Of a stretch of 64,000 nt of DNA, positions 40,300 to 53,650 are shown piece by piece (within the stretch, counting starts at the first letter, position 1; every line of letters starts with the position of its first letter). Under the pieces are notes generated by a model, which searched no databases, had not been told where the DNA came from, and saw only the letters and a program-made list of their open reading frames with translations. A program made the position numbers and the translations under genes. Origin of the DNA: Gnetum montanum (taxonomy: Eukaryota > Plantae > Gnetophyta); contig MNCI01002813.1 in the NCBI GenBank assembly GCA_015680685.1, positions 551,259 to 615,258 of the forward strand, in the 5' to 3' direction.

Positions 40300-43200
40300 A
40301 ATATTCTAACATCAAAATGACAAAACTACAAGAGCTTCGCTACAACTATGAGACTTATGCCATAAATGTGTCTAGTGAGTGTGTAATTATAGGAAGAATA
40401 GGGAGCCCCAACAATAGGTACATGTCAACAAGTCAAACCCTAAATCAATGGAATCCCATTAATGGGGTTGCATCGATGGTATCCCATTGATGAGGTTTCC
40501 TCGATGGCATCCCATTGATGATACCAGCCAAACAACTCATCATACCCCCATGATTGAATGAAAAATTAGCCTTAAGTTCTTTACAAAAGTTAGGAAGGTA
40601 TGGGATTAGTGACACATAAAACAAACATACAAACTACACAATAAAAAAGTAAGTGCCCAGAGTGTATGACTTTACAATGATTACAAAATTTTTTGTGTTT
40701 AGGATGAAAAAATTGAACACTGGGATAAAACTAACAAACAAAATTCCTTATATGGCATGAATATGTTGGAGAAGATCAAATGGTCCTAGGTAGTGAAGGT
40801 TCCCAAGGATCTAAAGGGCCTTCTCCTGCTTTGAAAACACACAATGGTTGAGATGGTTGTGGTTGTCTGGTGGAAGCTACAACCTTTATTGGAAGATGAA
40901 AGACATCCAATAGTGCCTTCATATTCTTCTTATTTCCCCTTGGATCGTTCATAGTTCATGCAACCTCTTTAATATGGGTTAGACTAGGAACATCCTAGGG
41001 ATAGAGCATTGTCAAGAATAGCTCCTTTATGTTGACAAACTAGGTAGCAAAAAGTTTGCATTCAACATCAAATGCCTTGAGAGAATTTTGCATCTCTTGG
41101 TAGTTGTTCATCCATTTAACTAGGTTCTCAGCAATGGATCTCTAATCAATGAATTATGCCCTGAGAACCTCAATTTTAGCATTAGAAATCTCAAGTTTTT
41201 GCTTGGTCTCCTTCTGGATTTTGAACTCTACCTTGTACAATAAGTACAAGTTGACCACTTGCTTCTCCAACTTTGACTATGAATATCCAATAGTTAGTAT
41301 TTCCATGTTTTAATAATAGAGATTGACAAGCTCCATGTGCTACATAATCTCCTTAATCTATGGCTCTTTCATGCAAATATCTACTTTGTTGTTGTCATTG
41401 AGCCCATTAAATATAGGTTTCTAGACATCATCTTCTTCCTTGGGCTATAGGAAGGCCTTGTTGAATTTTGCCTTCATCATCTAGATGTGTTTTTGATTTA
41501 TTTCTTTCTATATACTAACTTGATATTTGTGATAGTACTTGACTCTTTCAAATTTGAGAGCCTTATTCTTCTAGTCAGCTATCTCTATTATAGATTTTTA
41601 GCAAAGGGCTTGGACTTCCTCCATGGAGAAATTTCTATTTTGGCTTCTAATCTCCTAATTTCAGTGTTCACTTTGGCTAGCTAGTCCTATTGTTAATGGA
41701 TAAATTTTTGCATTTTCTACTTCTACACATCAACATTTCATAGGCAATGCTTTTCTATTGTTAGGATTTCATTCTTGTGATCCATCTAGATCAAGTCCTT
41801 GTAAATGATGTATGTCTTGGCATTGGCCAAGAACTAGTCAAAGATATTTATTTTCTTTATGTTCTCAACTTGTTTGAGCCTATCCTAAAGTTGTTGAATA
41901 GCTTCATCATGTGTTAGTGTAGGGCTAAGAACTATAAGATTGTCTAGATGGGCTCTTAATTTAGCAACCTCCATAGCCAAGTATTAGTTCTAATCTTGAA
42001 TTGTTTCAAGGTGTCTATCTAATATTATGCTCATTTCCTTACTTCAAGTAGCTTCAACTAGATTGTAGTGATGGTATTTGGAAGGTTGAAGATATCTAGA
42101 ATTAGATGCGCAATTTCCACTAGTAAGTTTAGCAACTCATTGTGTCAGGTTGCATTTAATTTGTCATGAACTATTCTTGTAGACATCTTCACATCTTTAA
42201 GTGTAGAAACATCTAGTATAGACATTGCAAGTGCATTTAAGACCTCAATAATTCTATCAACAATCACCTCTGCTACTATCTCCCTCCCATGTTACTACAT
42301 CACCAAGATAATTTCCCCCTCACCCTCCTCTAGATCCATTGAAAAAGTAGTGGCATTCCTAAAGGTTTTTGGGAATTTTTGCTATTGAGAGAGATATATC
42401 ATTACCTCTAAGGAATCAAGATTTGATCTCATGGGTAGTTATGTTCATTAGGTAGAGAAAATTAGCCCACATTTTTCCATCTAGCTAATTATTTGAGCCA
42501 CTTCATTGAGGTGACTCATTGCTAGGTGATACACAAATGGATCACCAGTCACTCATTCCTCCTCATTGCTCTTTGTCATACAAGAGCTACTCTTGGATCT
42601 CATGCATGTATTCTAGGGTAGCATAAGCCTTCAATGTTACTTCATGAGTGGGGTGGTGGAGGTGGATATCACTACTCTTCTTGGATAATCTTGGCAAGAA
42701 CCTTATCCTTCATAATCCCCACCTAGGAAATAGATGGAGAACATTAGAAAACATCATTTGTGTAGAGTGTTATGCCTATCCTCTTGCATAATTTTTTGAT
42801 AAATTTTCTAATGAGGCATGAGAGGAGTACCTTATTTCCATGTTCATTTTCTTTAAATTTCTTATCTATCTTGAGTTAGATTAGCTATGGAAGGTTGATG
42901 GGGAATTGATTGCTTCAAGTGGCACATGCATGGATGAAGAAGATGATGATATTTCTTGGCCTCATCATTGGATTAAGGTGAAAGGCTGCAATTTTAAAGT
43001 ATGCATGCTCTACTATGGTGAGTGCACCAAACTCCTAATGATCGACTCCATTACATCATTGGTCTATTCATTCTTAATTTCAGGTTCTACCTACATGGTA
43101 ATTTCTACAAGGTTGGCCTCAATTTCTAGAATCTAAGTGAAACACCACCAAATTTGGACTTCAGCATCTTGGGTACAAACTTTTTCTATGTGTTGAGACT
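40300..43200 (-). mobile_element. Athila-like fragment G: start of 3' LTR, PPT (~40543-40552) and a decayed coiled-coil-rich coding region
   Basis: catcatacccccatgattgaatgaaaaattagccttaagttc...ggtatgggatt (40538-40607) is homologous to the PPT/LTR junction of F (24391-24465). Minus-strand E/K/Q-rich reading full of stops ~40750-43200. It is uncertain whether the ORF belongs to G. Confidence 0.55.
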
Positions 43201-43244
43201 ATGCTCTTGACTGCACTAGAGCATAGTTAGCCTCATGAAGAGCA

Positions 43245-44077
43245 TAGTGGCAGCCTAAAGCCTTAGCTCACAAAGTCACCAACTCTGGCACTAAGGCCAT
43301 AAACCCACCTTCATCTACAGTGGTGATGACACAAGTTGGTGAAAGGCCTAACTTTGAGTACAAAGATCACTCAAAGTATGCCCCATTTCCACTAAAATCC
43401 TTAGAGCTACTAGATCAACTATTGAAAGCTGGGCATATCCAACATAAGCAAATGTCTGAGGATGCCTACAAAAGGCATAATAGTCATTGCAAGTTGTTGA
43501 GGAATCTCACTTTAGCAACATCAAAAGAGCCCCTAGTTGCATAGCACTTTAGGCTATACTAATTTTATCATTACCACTAGTTTTCTAGTCATAGAATGGA
43601 CTTCTATTAGGCTTTGCAAGATGATCAGCAAAGAATGATAGATAGGGGAAAACTAGTGCTTGATACATAAAATCCAATTAGGCCCTAGAACCAATCCATG
43701 AGGGTGTACAATGATCCTCTAAACACAGATGCTACTAGCTATGTCATAAACACCACCAGCATGGGTGGAAAGTTAGAACTAGTGTAGTAGCGTATTGTGG
43801 TTCAAGTGCCTTCCAATAGTGTAAGGGTTCCCTTGGCCTCAATGATTTCATCCCCACCTTTGTTGTTAGTGAACCACCTTAGGCACCCACAACATTCTTC
43901 ATGGTTAGGGTCTCATAGCATGTCCTAACAAAAATTTCTTAGCTACTATTTGTCATTAGGATGCCACAATGTGCTTGTTCCTCACCTACATGAAGTGAAA
44001 TTGTGGGTAACACATTGGCCCCTACTTGTCCAAGGGCTAACCCCACTAGTAGCATGTATAGACCTACTAGATGGAAA
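43245..44077 (+). mobile_element. Tat/Ogre-like family copy C: internal gag fragment, interrupted by LTR of copy D
   Basis: RPNFEYKDHSKYAPFPLKSLELLDQLLKAGHIQHKQ (ORF 43320-43544) is homologous to B/D/E gag. Confidence 0.85.
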
Positions 44078-45726
44078 TGTAATGAAATACCCAAAAATTC
44101 AAAGGCATGCTTGCTTTACTAGGTCTTCGCAATTTGCGCAGCGTTATGACAATTCTTCAAGAGATGGATGCTTTGATGTTCAGACTATCCAAATTTGACA
44201 AGTTTTTCTAATGCAAGTGTCAATAGGCTAAACAAACTCTCCAGCTTGCCCACCTAAGTAGTTCATCCAGCCGACAATGCACTTAGAAGCGGTGCATAGA
44301 ATTTCTGGTAGTGCTTAGAATGTGCAAAATGCTTTAGCAAGTTTTCTAAGTCAAGGAGTTTGCTATGCTACACTATGCTATGTAGCATAGTAGACTTCAG
44401 AAGATGTTTGCAGGAGTGAAGCACTATGCTATGTTGTGCTACGTAGCGTAGTGTAGCATAGCAAAAGCTGGATGGTCAGTCCCCTTGCCCAACTTCAAGT
44501 CCTTCAGTAATGTCTCCTTTCGTTAGAAAGTGGTGAACTTGGCAAAAACAAGTCATGTTTGCTACTACGCTATGCTAAGCTACATGGCACAACGAGGCGT
44601 AGTAATTTTACAAAAGTGACAGAAAGCATCTCAAAGGGTGGGATCAGCAAGTTCACAAAATTCATAGTGCAAAAGGCAAAGTTTGTAGATTGGTGATGTT
44701 TTTATGACTAAGGGCAGTTAGTACGTTATGATACGCTACGTAGAATAGCATAGTGTAGCAAATTTGCAACTAGCAGTCACAACACTGCAAAGGTTTCCAA
44801 TGCATGTAGCAGGACACAATGCAAATTTCTACTTCAAGCCAGCAGTTATGTTGCATAGTGTAGCACAGCATGATGAGATGCCACGCCATGCCAAACATGC
44901 TACGCTATAAAGCATAGCAAAGTGGCAAGCAGTTATGTGACATCAATGCAATTACAGCATGGAAGGCTCGTAATTATGGCATGGTAGACTCACCAACAGT
45001 CATGTAGGCACATGCATTATAGATAGGTTAGCATAAGCCCAGGGAACGTGGCATCCAAATTGCATCTTTTGCATGCCCTTGTTCCTATAAATACCCCAAT
45101 GAGCAATGCTCAAAAGGCCTCTGATCCCAATTTTCTAAGCAATCTGGTTGGCTAACAATTTGGTTGGTTGACAAGAAAAAAGTTAGCACTATAACCTTGA
45201 GCATTGTAAGCTTTTTATTTGACATTGTAAACAGGTAGCACTCTCAACTGGCATTTGTTTCTGTTTTTTTCTACCACCTTGGTAGCACTTCACATTGTTA
45301 ACACCTGAGCCTGTGTTCAAGTGTACAACTATCTTACTCTACACGTCTTGGTTACTCTCGGGATCTCTGCACTTCTTAGCACTGTGCAACCAATTGTATC
45401 CATCTTGATAGAGCAAATTTGTAGCTTTGAAGAAGTGCATTTTTCTAACTGCATTTTACTTTGTCTCTTGCTCATTATTTCATTTTATGCTATTTTCTAC
45501 CTTTTTACATTCAAGCATTACTTTGTGCTATTAGTTTCATTTTCAAATCACACATTGCAATAGGTTATATTAACACTGATTAAGTCCCTATTTGATCAAC
45601 CAAACCTTTCAAGGCACCTCGCTTCCATTCCATCTCGAATGGGCCTCCTGTAGAAATGGGGTTAAGACTGTCAACGGTCGACAACCTCTTGGCATCTTCC
45701 AACTGTTGACTTTTTTGGTTGCTATA
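44078..45726 (+). mobile_element. 5' LTR (~1.65 kb) of copy D
   Basis: Starts TGTAATGAAATACCC abruptly within copy C gag. TATAAATA at 45086. Ends gttgctata just before the PBS. Length matches the LTR of copy B. Confidence 0.75.
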
Positions 45727-45732
45727 GTATTT

Positions 45733-45749
45733 TAGCACTAGAAAGAAGG
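45733..45749 (+). promoter_or_regulatory. Decayed tRNA-Asn PBS of copy D (TAGCACTAGAAAGAAGG)
   Basis: G>A variants of TGGCGCTAGAAGGAGGG at the position equivalent to B and E. Confidence 0.65.
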
Positions 45750-46177
45750 CCTTTTGGTGCCTTTTCCACATGTCACAGTAGTCCTGTAAGCCTTTTGCAC
45801 CCTGATATGCATTAGCATAAACTTGACACCCGTTTATAGTTGTTTACTTGTTGTGCGGTGTAGATCGGTCACCTTGATAGTTCCTTAGGAGCCCTATAGG
45901 ACATAAAGCCTCTAATTTCCAATTGACTAGCTTGTTTCACAGTAGTTTTGCATGTGTTCTATACCCTATCATGTGGTAGTGTAAACATGACATCCTTTTG
46001 TAGTTTTTTACACATCATGTGGTACAGACCGGTCACCTCAACGGTTCCTCGAGAGACCAGAAAGACATAAAGCCCTTTTTGATTACTTGCCAAAATCTTT
46101 GCTCTTCTCATTCACAAAACTGCTTAGCTTTCCAATTTCACTTTTTTTTGTTTGCAAAACTACCTTACTTAGTAACA

Positions 46178-49100
46178 ATGACTTCTGAAACTACTGTTGC
46201 TAATACCTTCAATGTTGAAATTCACATCATGATTCAAGGCACCACTGGTGCCGAACAACCACTGAACCCAATGCTGGAAACACGTCAATCCCTTAGGATC
46301 CAAAACTAGGGACCTGAGGGCTTGGACGAGCAACATGAGTGCTCGGCCTCCCTCTATGCAAAGGTTCAGGAAAACCTTCCTTTGGATGTGCATGAACTCA
46401 AAGGCAAACGTAGCTTCAAGTTCGCTTACTACGACGAGAAGGAGTTTGTTCCCACTCCTGGTGCTTCCATCCCTTTGACATAGGCAAACCAAAGGCTACT
46501 AGACCAACTAATCCAATTGGCTAGGCTTAGGGAGCAATAAGACACAATGTCTAACTAGGATGACACCTTCTAGGATGGATAGGAGGAACTCGATTCCCAA
46601 TCCGATGAGGGAGGTCAACCAACCCCGTTCCTATCCCTCCTACCCAGTCCTTCTGGGGTAATCCACTGTCCATCACTCCTCCCTTTGTCATCATGCCTAT
46701 GCTCCCATAGCCTACAACTACAACCGCAATGGGTAGTCATGTCACCTTCTTGGTGTATCAACACCCTTATTCTCCTATTTCATTTGCAGAAAATATGCCT
46801 CCACAAACTATTCATCAATCCATTCCTATAGCACATCACACACCAACCATGGCTACCCTACCATATACTCATGTTGTACCTACCTCACAATCATACGTAA
46901 CTTCCATTTCAATTCCTACATTCACGTCTATTCCATCCATGGTGGTAGGCCCGGGCCTGTACACATGGTGGACCCCGTTCACTTCTTTGCCTATTCCAAA
47001 ATCATTATAGATGTCTCATTATGTTCACCCTCAAACCTACTAAACCCCGCAAATGGTACAACCCAACACAGGGCTATGGGATATTCCACCGATGACACAA
47101 GTAGTCTATCTGCCAGCTCAAACCACTATTGCTACTCCAATAGCACCACCTACCAAGTGGTGGACAACACAAAAAAACCATTCGCAGGGGCTACGCTAAT
47201 GGTACTGTTGATGGGTTATGCTACCACCCTTGCCATTCTACAGATGGGAACTACCTCTGTAGTTCTCAAACCATCCACAACATCGTAGGGTCTAGACTAA
47301 GCATTCTAGCTCATCCAAACCCTTACTAAGGAAATAAAATGCCTCAAGGCTGTTAGGTCTAACATAGTACAAGTTATGAACTTTTACCAGGATGACCCCA
47401 TCAGCCCTTCAATCCCTAGTTTGATGTTACCCCCAGGGATGTCCCTCCCCCACTTCATGAAGTACAATCAGGAGGGAGATCCTAATGCACATCTTGTTAC
47501 CTTTAGGTATGATTCTCTCCTATTGCAACCATGGCTGAACATAATTATTCATGTCTTTGCTATGTCCCTAGCTAGGAGAGCCTTGGATTGGTACCGCATG
47601 CTACCATGCATCAAGTATAACTTGAAACTAGAAACCACGCTGGACCAGTTGATCAGTGTGAAGCAAGACCCTTTGGAACTAGTCTAGAAATTCATCCAAC
47701 GATGGAGCACGATCCTTAATGAAATCCACAAGCCCATCGTGGAGGCCTACTTACTGGCTGTCTTTAAGGGTGCAGTGAATGACTTTATCAAGTCTAAACT
47801 ATACTACTTTGCCCCTCACACTCTCAGTCAAGCCTTCGCTCAGACTAAGAGTATACAGGACACGGTCGAGGCAAGCAAAGACCCAGCCTACATTACCTAC
47901 AAAAACACCTTCACAAATAAGGACAAGAGTAAGGCCCCAACAACCACAGTGGTCACTGTGGCAATTGAGGCCAAGCCCAAACCTACTAACAATGGTAACA
48001 AAAATAACAAAAAATGGTTGTACCTATAGCTAACCCCATGCCCAACTAGGGAAATGCACTACAACCTCCACTACCTACACCTGATACATCTACACAACCC
48101 AAGCAAAAATTTGAGCATAAAGATCACTTAAAGTACATCCCACTACCTCTCAAGCCTTCAGAACTTCTAAAGCAGTTATTGGAAACAGGTCACATCCAAC
48201 AAGTCAGAAGAAGAAATCAGGAGACATCAATGCTACTGTGAGCTCCTTAGGAACCCCTCCTTGGCCCTACCCAATGATCCCCCAATCCCTAAGTATTTCA
48301 AACTGGAAAGGTTTTATGACTATCAAAAATAGTGTGGTCACAACACAGATTATTATTAGGCATTGTACGATGACATCCAGAGATTGATTGATTAGGGAAA
48401 ATTGGTGTTGGATGAAAGCAACCCAGTACGCCCTGAAAACCAATCTATGCATGTCTACAAAGACCCCCTTAACACCAAAAATTATGATTATGTCATCAAT
48501 TCAATTGGTATTGACAGTGATCCTACACCATCCCAGCAGCCATTCGTGGTCCATGTGCCTTAGCGTAGTGCACCAGCACCACCAGCGGCTAGCTGAAGCT
48601 TGCAATAGCCACTCATTCTGAGAGTCCCTCCCTGGGCATCCATCTCCATTCCATCTATTAGCAAAGCCACATGAATTCATCCACTAACAGTGTTAGCTCC
48701 GTTTATCATCAGGGGGTTGACCCATTCGATAGCCCCCAGCCCATGCAAGATATATGAACAACCTTCTTGTCCTAAAAGATAGGAAGTATGTTTCGCAAGT
48801 GAGATGTCAAGAGGAAGCACTATCCAAGGTATTCCCAAGCCTATTTCTCCACCCCCTGCATCTACACCCTCATCACCAAAGATGAACATCGCTATAACCG
48901 TATAGTCTACACTTCCCTGCCAAAAAGGGTTTGAGCTTAGATCTGAAGTTGCTCCTCCTCAGGAAATTCGTCTTCTAGGATGAATAGAAGAAGAGGAAAG
49001 CATTAAAAAAGGTGGTGGCCAAGATCTTTTGGATGCCCTCACTCAAGTCAAGCAAGATCTAAAATAGAAAAACACTACACTAAGCTTATACGACCTAATC

Positions 49101-49940
49101 ATGATGTCTGTCCCACATCATGAGGCTCTAATCTGCATGTTGATAGTGATTCTAATCAATGAACACATGCTAGCGGAAGAGGAAGTGATCCACTCGATCA
49201 TGCTTCCCTTTACGCCCACAGAGTTTGAGTCATCCCAATTGACTTTCTACAACGATGCCATTAGGAAAGATCCCAAAAGGGATTAGGTGATGAAAGCCCC
49301 CCTATTCATCATAATCCAAGTTGGCCAACATTAAATATGAAGGGTACACATTGATGATGGGGCTATCATGAACATCATCCCCTTCCCTATTGTGGACAAA
49401 TTGGGCTTGGTCGACTAGATCAAACCCATAATGACATCATGCCTGAGGTTGTTCAATGGGGCACACATCCTGGTGAAGGGCACGGTCCACATAGACTTCG
49501 TGGCAGGGGACCAGTTCCCCACAAATGCAACATTCATCATGGTCAAAGAGATGCTTGGGTTTAACTTGATCTTGGGAAGGTCATGGTTAGTGCAACTTAA
49601 GGCTGTGTCTTTACCCATTCACCAAGAAATCCACCTATCATATGCAGGAAGGGAAGTGGTGATTGATGGTGACAAAGTAGTAGCGTAAGAGATCAGTAAC
49701 ATAGACATGTAGCAAGGCTCAGGGGTCATAACCTCTGAGAATGAAGTACCTGCTTACATACACATTAACCATCCACTTGGAGAATCAGCTCAATAAGCTA
49801 ATGTCCAAAATGAGAATATGTGGGTTGAGTTGCCCTTCCAAGAGGGAAAAAATGATGCAAACGAAGGCCCTGGCAAAGTGCCTTGGCGTTATTTTCTACT
49901 CAACCCATGATGGGTCAAGAAGTAGCTACGCATAGTGTAG
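46178..49940 (+). pseudogene. Decayed gag-protease of copy D; no RT follows
   Basis: FYQDDP..LPHFMKYNQEGDPNAHL..FAMSLARRALDWY (Ty3 gag); YLLAVFKGAVNDFIKSKLYY; protease VHIDDGAIMNII...GFNLILGRSWLVQLKAVS. Confidence 0.88.
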
Positions 49941-50074
49941 CAACCCCACTGCTTCCTGCACAGTCATCATTCTTTGCACATTGTCATCTTTCATTATTTA
50001 CAATCCTTCTATCTACACAAGTTACCAATTAGCTGTTGTTCAAGTTGATAACGTATCATATCTTTGGCATGCTA

Positions 50075-50295
50075 TGCTATGGCCTAAAACTATGCTATGC
50101 AAAGGCCCGAAATGGCCTAAAACTAGCAGAGACCCGAAATAGCCTAAAACTGGCAATGGCTCAAAAGGACCTAAAACTAGCAGAGACCTGAAATGGCCTA
50201 AAAATATGCTTCCCCATGGTCTGAGATGGCCTAAAAATAGCTATGGCCTAAAATGGCCTAAAACTAGATACGGCCTAAACCGGCCTAAAATTAGC
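50075..50295 (+). repeat. ~30-bp tandem array (atggcctaaaactagc) downstream of copy D protease
   Basis: About 8 ggcctaaaa-type units visible. Confidence 0.9.
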
Positions 50296-50473
50296 ACAAA
50301 AGAGCCAAACTCTAGCATGACATTCAACACATATACAATGCACAAGTTAGCGTAGAATCAATTTCTATTTCATGAAAATCTCTTTGCTTTATTCAAAACT
50401 ATTATCTTTTAAACAATGTTTGCAATTTTTTCTTTTACAAAAATTCAAAATTCAAAAAAAAATCACATTTTGT

Positions 50474-52450
50474 CATGGTTTTTTTCTTTTTGCATCATCT
50501 TTGCCATTCATTTCTGCATCATTTCCTTTTGCATTGCCTTCTCCTACATTTCCCTCAGCTAATTCTTCATTCCTTCCATCTACAAGTCCTACACCCTCAT
50601 CTGGAGCCTACATCATATGAATGAAGTGGTCAGCTAAAGCAATGCATGCAAGCTGCAACAAAGCATAAGCATTAATGTAGTTGAAAGCAACTAACCTGAG
50701 AAGGGCCTACATCCATCTCAAAGGGTCTCCAGTCTAAGCTGAGCCTGAGGTGGCACCAGACCTCCTCTGTTGTGATGTCCACCCAACACTTATTACTTGG
50801 TTCAATGTCCACAATAGCTCTCTCCGTTTCAATGATTATCCACCTTGGTGGTCCTGGGGAAACGAAGATGGTTGCGGTCTCTCCTGTGGGAATGTCCACT
50901 TTCAGGTTAGGAGATTCTGTAACCTTTACCTACTCTTTGAACTTGGCATAGGCCTCAGAAGAATCAATGGCATTTAAAAACGCTTTATACCTAAAAGCCT
51001 CTACAATAGCGTCCATGTACAATTTACAATGGGTGGCATTTTCCAGTTTATACATGTGTTTGTGGTTTTTTTGGGAATACCCCCATTCGTAAACCTTGGT
51101 GCTGAAGTCTTTCAAATCTTGACACTTCTAGGCTAACAAGTCCATTTACATATATTATTCTATTATCTCATGGGTGGCTTCAACATTCTAATGTGCAACT
51201 ATCCAAAACCTAGCATAATCTATTATAGCTATGCATGAGTCCTCATTATTAGTGTCACGGGGTATGAGAAACTCATTCCTCGACTTGAGATCCTTCACTT
51301 CGGCACTCAAGTCAGCTTGCCTTTGCTAAGATCTTTGGACCAATTTCCATAGGTCCTCATTGATGTACTTATACTCCCATAATGAGTGTGCCGAGTGCAA
51401 AGTACATTTGCAAGCCTCATCATATGCGTGAAGAGATACCTTGGTCAGTTTAGGTGGGAATGTAGGCATGGCATCGACTTTCAAAGGTCGTGTCATGTCC
51501 CATTTGATCTATGAGGCTTCCATGACACAAAGAGCATAGTAATTGCATTAGCATAGCAAAGTTAATAAAGTAGCAACATGAGAGCACTTATCACTACTAC
51601 TTACCCACGTTAGGGTCCACTTGTTGAAGGTGGTTGATCCTGTCATCGATGATTACTTGCATGTATGCAAACATCTCAAGGATCTTGACCCATGATTCTG
51701 CATGAGTTGGATGAGGTCCTGTAGCATCAATAGTGGTTCCTGTTACAAAACTAAAAGTATCAGTAATGGTCGAAATAGGCTGTGACAAGGCAAACGTATT
51801 GCCAAACTCACTAGTGTCTCATTTCGGTCCATGTTCCTACTAATGTGAAACAAGGACAACAACCTTGGTAGCAGTCCCTACCAGGCCTATGCAGACCTCT
51901 TCTTCATGCACTCGTGCCTTTCCTTTTAGGAGACCAATGTCTATTTTATTCAAGGGAGGCTCCTCTTTGTTAGTAGGAGAATTCTACGTAATAACAAAAG
52001 CCCCCACCTTAGCGACAGGGGCTATTTCCTTCTTGATTGGGGCCCTTTCTTCCAAGACTGGGGCCTCTGAGTCTTTATTCGTCATCATCGTCTTGGGGGC
52101 CAACACCTCTTCATTTCCTTCTTCTTCTTCTTCTTCTTCTTCCTCTGCCATTCAAGAAATATGTTTGCATTAGTCCAAAAAAAGTTAGCCTAAAGTAGAT
52201 GCTACGCTATGCTACGCTGCCTAGTGTAGCATAGTAAGATAGAAAATAACAAGGTAGGCATTAAACAAAAGCATTTACCAATAGGGGGTTGCATCCTCTG
52301 TAGCTTAAGACATAGTTGAAACACCACAAAATTTTAAGCTTAGAACTTCTAAAACAGGAAGTAGGTCCCTCGGATCCACAGACAACCACGGCTACATCTG
52401 GTGTCAAACATGGCAACTTCGGAGATCAAAATACTTGAGTTTCACCAAGT
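50474..52450 (-). pseudogene. 3' exons of the antisense multi-exon gene in copy D (truncated by copy E)
   Basis: Exons homologous to the E gene: SWVKILEMFAYMQVIIDDRINHLQQVDPNVG|gtaagt; IKWDMTRPLKVDAMPTFPPKLTKVSLHAYDE..HSAHSLWEY; ITTEEVWCHLRLSL..SQ|gttagt; acidic last exon. Confidence 0.75.
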
Positions 52451-52451
52451 A

Positions 52452-53628
52452 TGCAGTCTCAGCATATACGCCCAGCGTATACGCTCAAGTTCACATCCAT
52501 AGCATATGTGCCAAGTGTATACGCCCAACATTCTCAGCATATACGCCCAGCGTAGACATCTAGCGTACACGCCCAATGTACATGCCTCACATGTATACTG
52601 AATAGGTACAACAGATGTAAACGCCCGGCATGAAATCTCCAAAGAAGGCATGGAAACAGCACTGCAGAGCAAGATTTGGCACAAGGTAGCAACCATCAGC
52701 GTATACGCCCAACACCCATCAACGTATATGCCTTAGCGTATACGCCTAGCCACCATCAGCGTATACTCCTTAGCATATATGCCCAGCCACCATCAGCATA
52801 TACACCCAGCATATACACCCAATGTCCATAGCATCTACGCCCAAGTTCGCATACGCAAAGCACATCCAACATATACGCCCAGCGTATATGCCTAGAGTCT
52901 ACGCTCGCCATACATAGCGTATACACCCAACATATACGCCTAGCAAATGTAACATGTACACTTGTAGATTTTATGCTTTTGCACCCAATCAATGTACCAC
53001 ATGTCACCCAACCTAAGTCTAGTGTCAAAACTTATATAAAAGCCCCAATTTTTTACTAGATCCAGGTCGGTCGGCAAATCCTAGAGCAAACCAGAGAATA
53101 GAGATGTTGAGAACCAGAGCAGAAAACATTATATGCTAGACAACTCTGTACGCTAAGCATACAGCCTCTATGCTATGCCTACAGTGTGAACTAGTCCACT
53201 ATCACCCCTATATCCACTAGGGCTTTTTGTCCACCTTATGTCCCAGTTACAATTGCGTTAGACTGGTGCATTGTACTCTCATTTTGAAATTCCATTGTTA
53301 CATTTTCTTCCCAAAATCATTTACAGTTTGCATTAATTGTTTCATGTATTTTGTTTACGCTTGTTTACATCTATGCTCTGCTCACATCAATTATGTTGTT
53401 TATGCTCTGATTCACGCATGTTACACTGTTTATGTATAACCCAACGTATAGCACTTCGGTGTATGTTCGAGGAAATCCTTGTCTGATCCACGTGTGGACA
53501 ACCCAAGGTACTCTATCTTCATTCATTCTAGCTCGCCCTTAGGTGAAGGTAGGGCCTTCTGTGCATGTCTGGTGATCCCACAGTCTCTATTTCCTTCCAT
53601 CTAGAGACCGACCATTTCAGATAGTACA
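52452..53628 (+). mobile_element. 5' LTR of copy E (left boundary approximate)
   Basis: U3 packed with CAGCGTATACGCC variants, TATATAAA at 53033, ends ...tagtaCA before the PBS. Confidence 0.7.
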
Positions 53629-53633
53629 GAAAT

Positions 53634-53650
53634 TGGCACTAGAAGGAGGG
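53634..53650 (+). promoter_or_regulatory. PBS complementary to tRNA-Asn (TGGCACTAGAAGGAGGG)
   Basis: 16/17 match to TGGCGCTAGAAGGAGGG; the single difference is a CpG decay. Confidence 0.8.

Noticed and set aside
50075-50295. ~30-bp periodic repeats (also 31610-31850, 63920-64000) as CRISPR-like arrays
   Set aside because: Head-to-tail tandem units without unique spacers, in a eukaryotic retroelement context with no cas genes.
52442-53028. ORFs with repeated RWAYML (also ORFs at 62878-63263 and 13680-14237)
   Set aside because: Translation by-products of the non-coding motif arrays.
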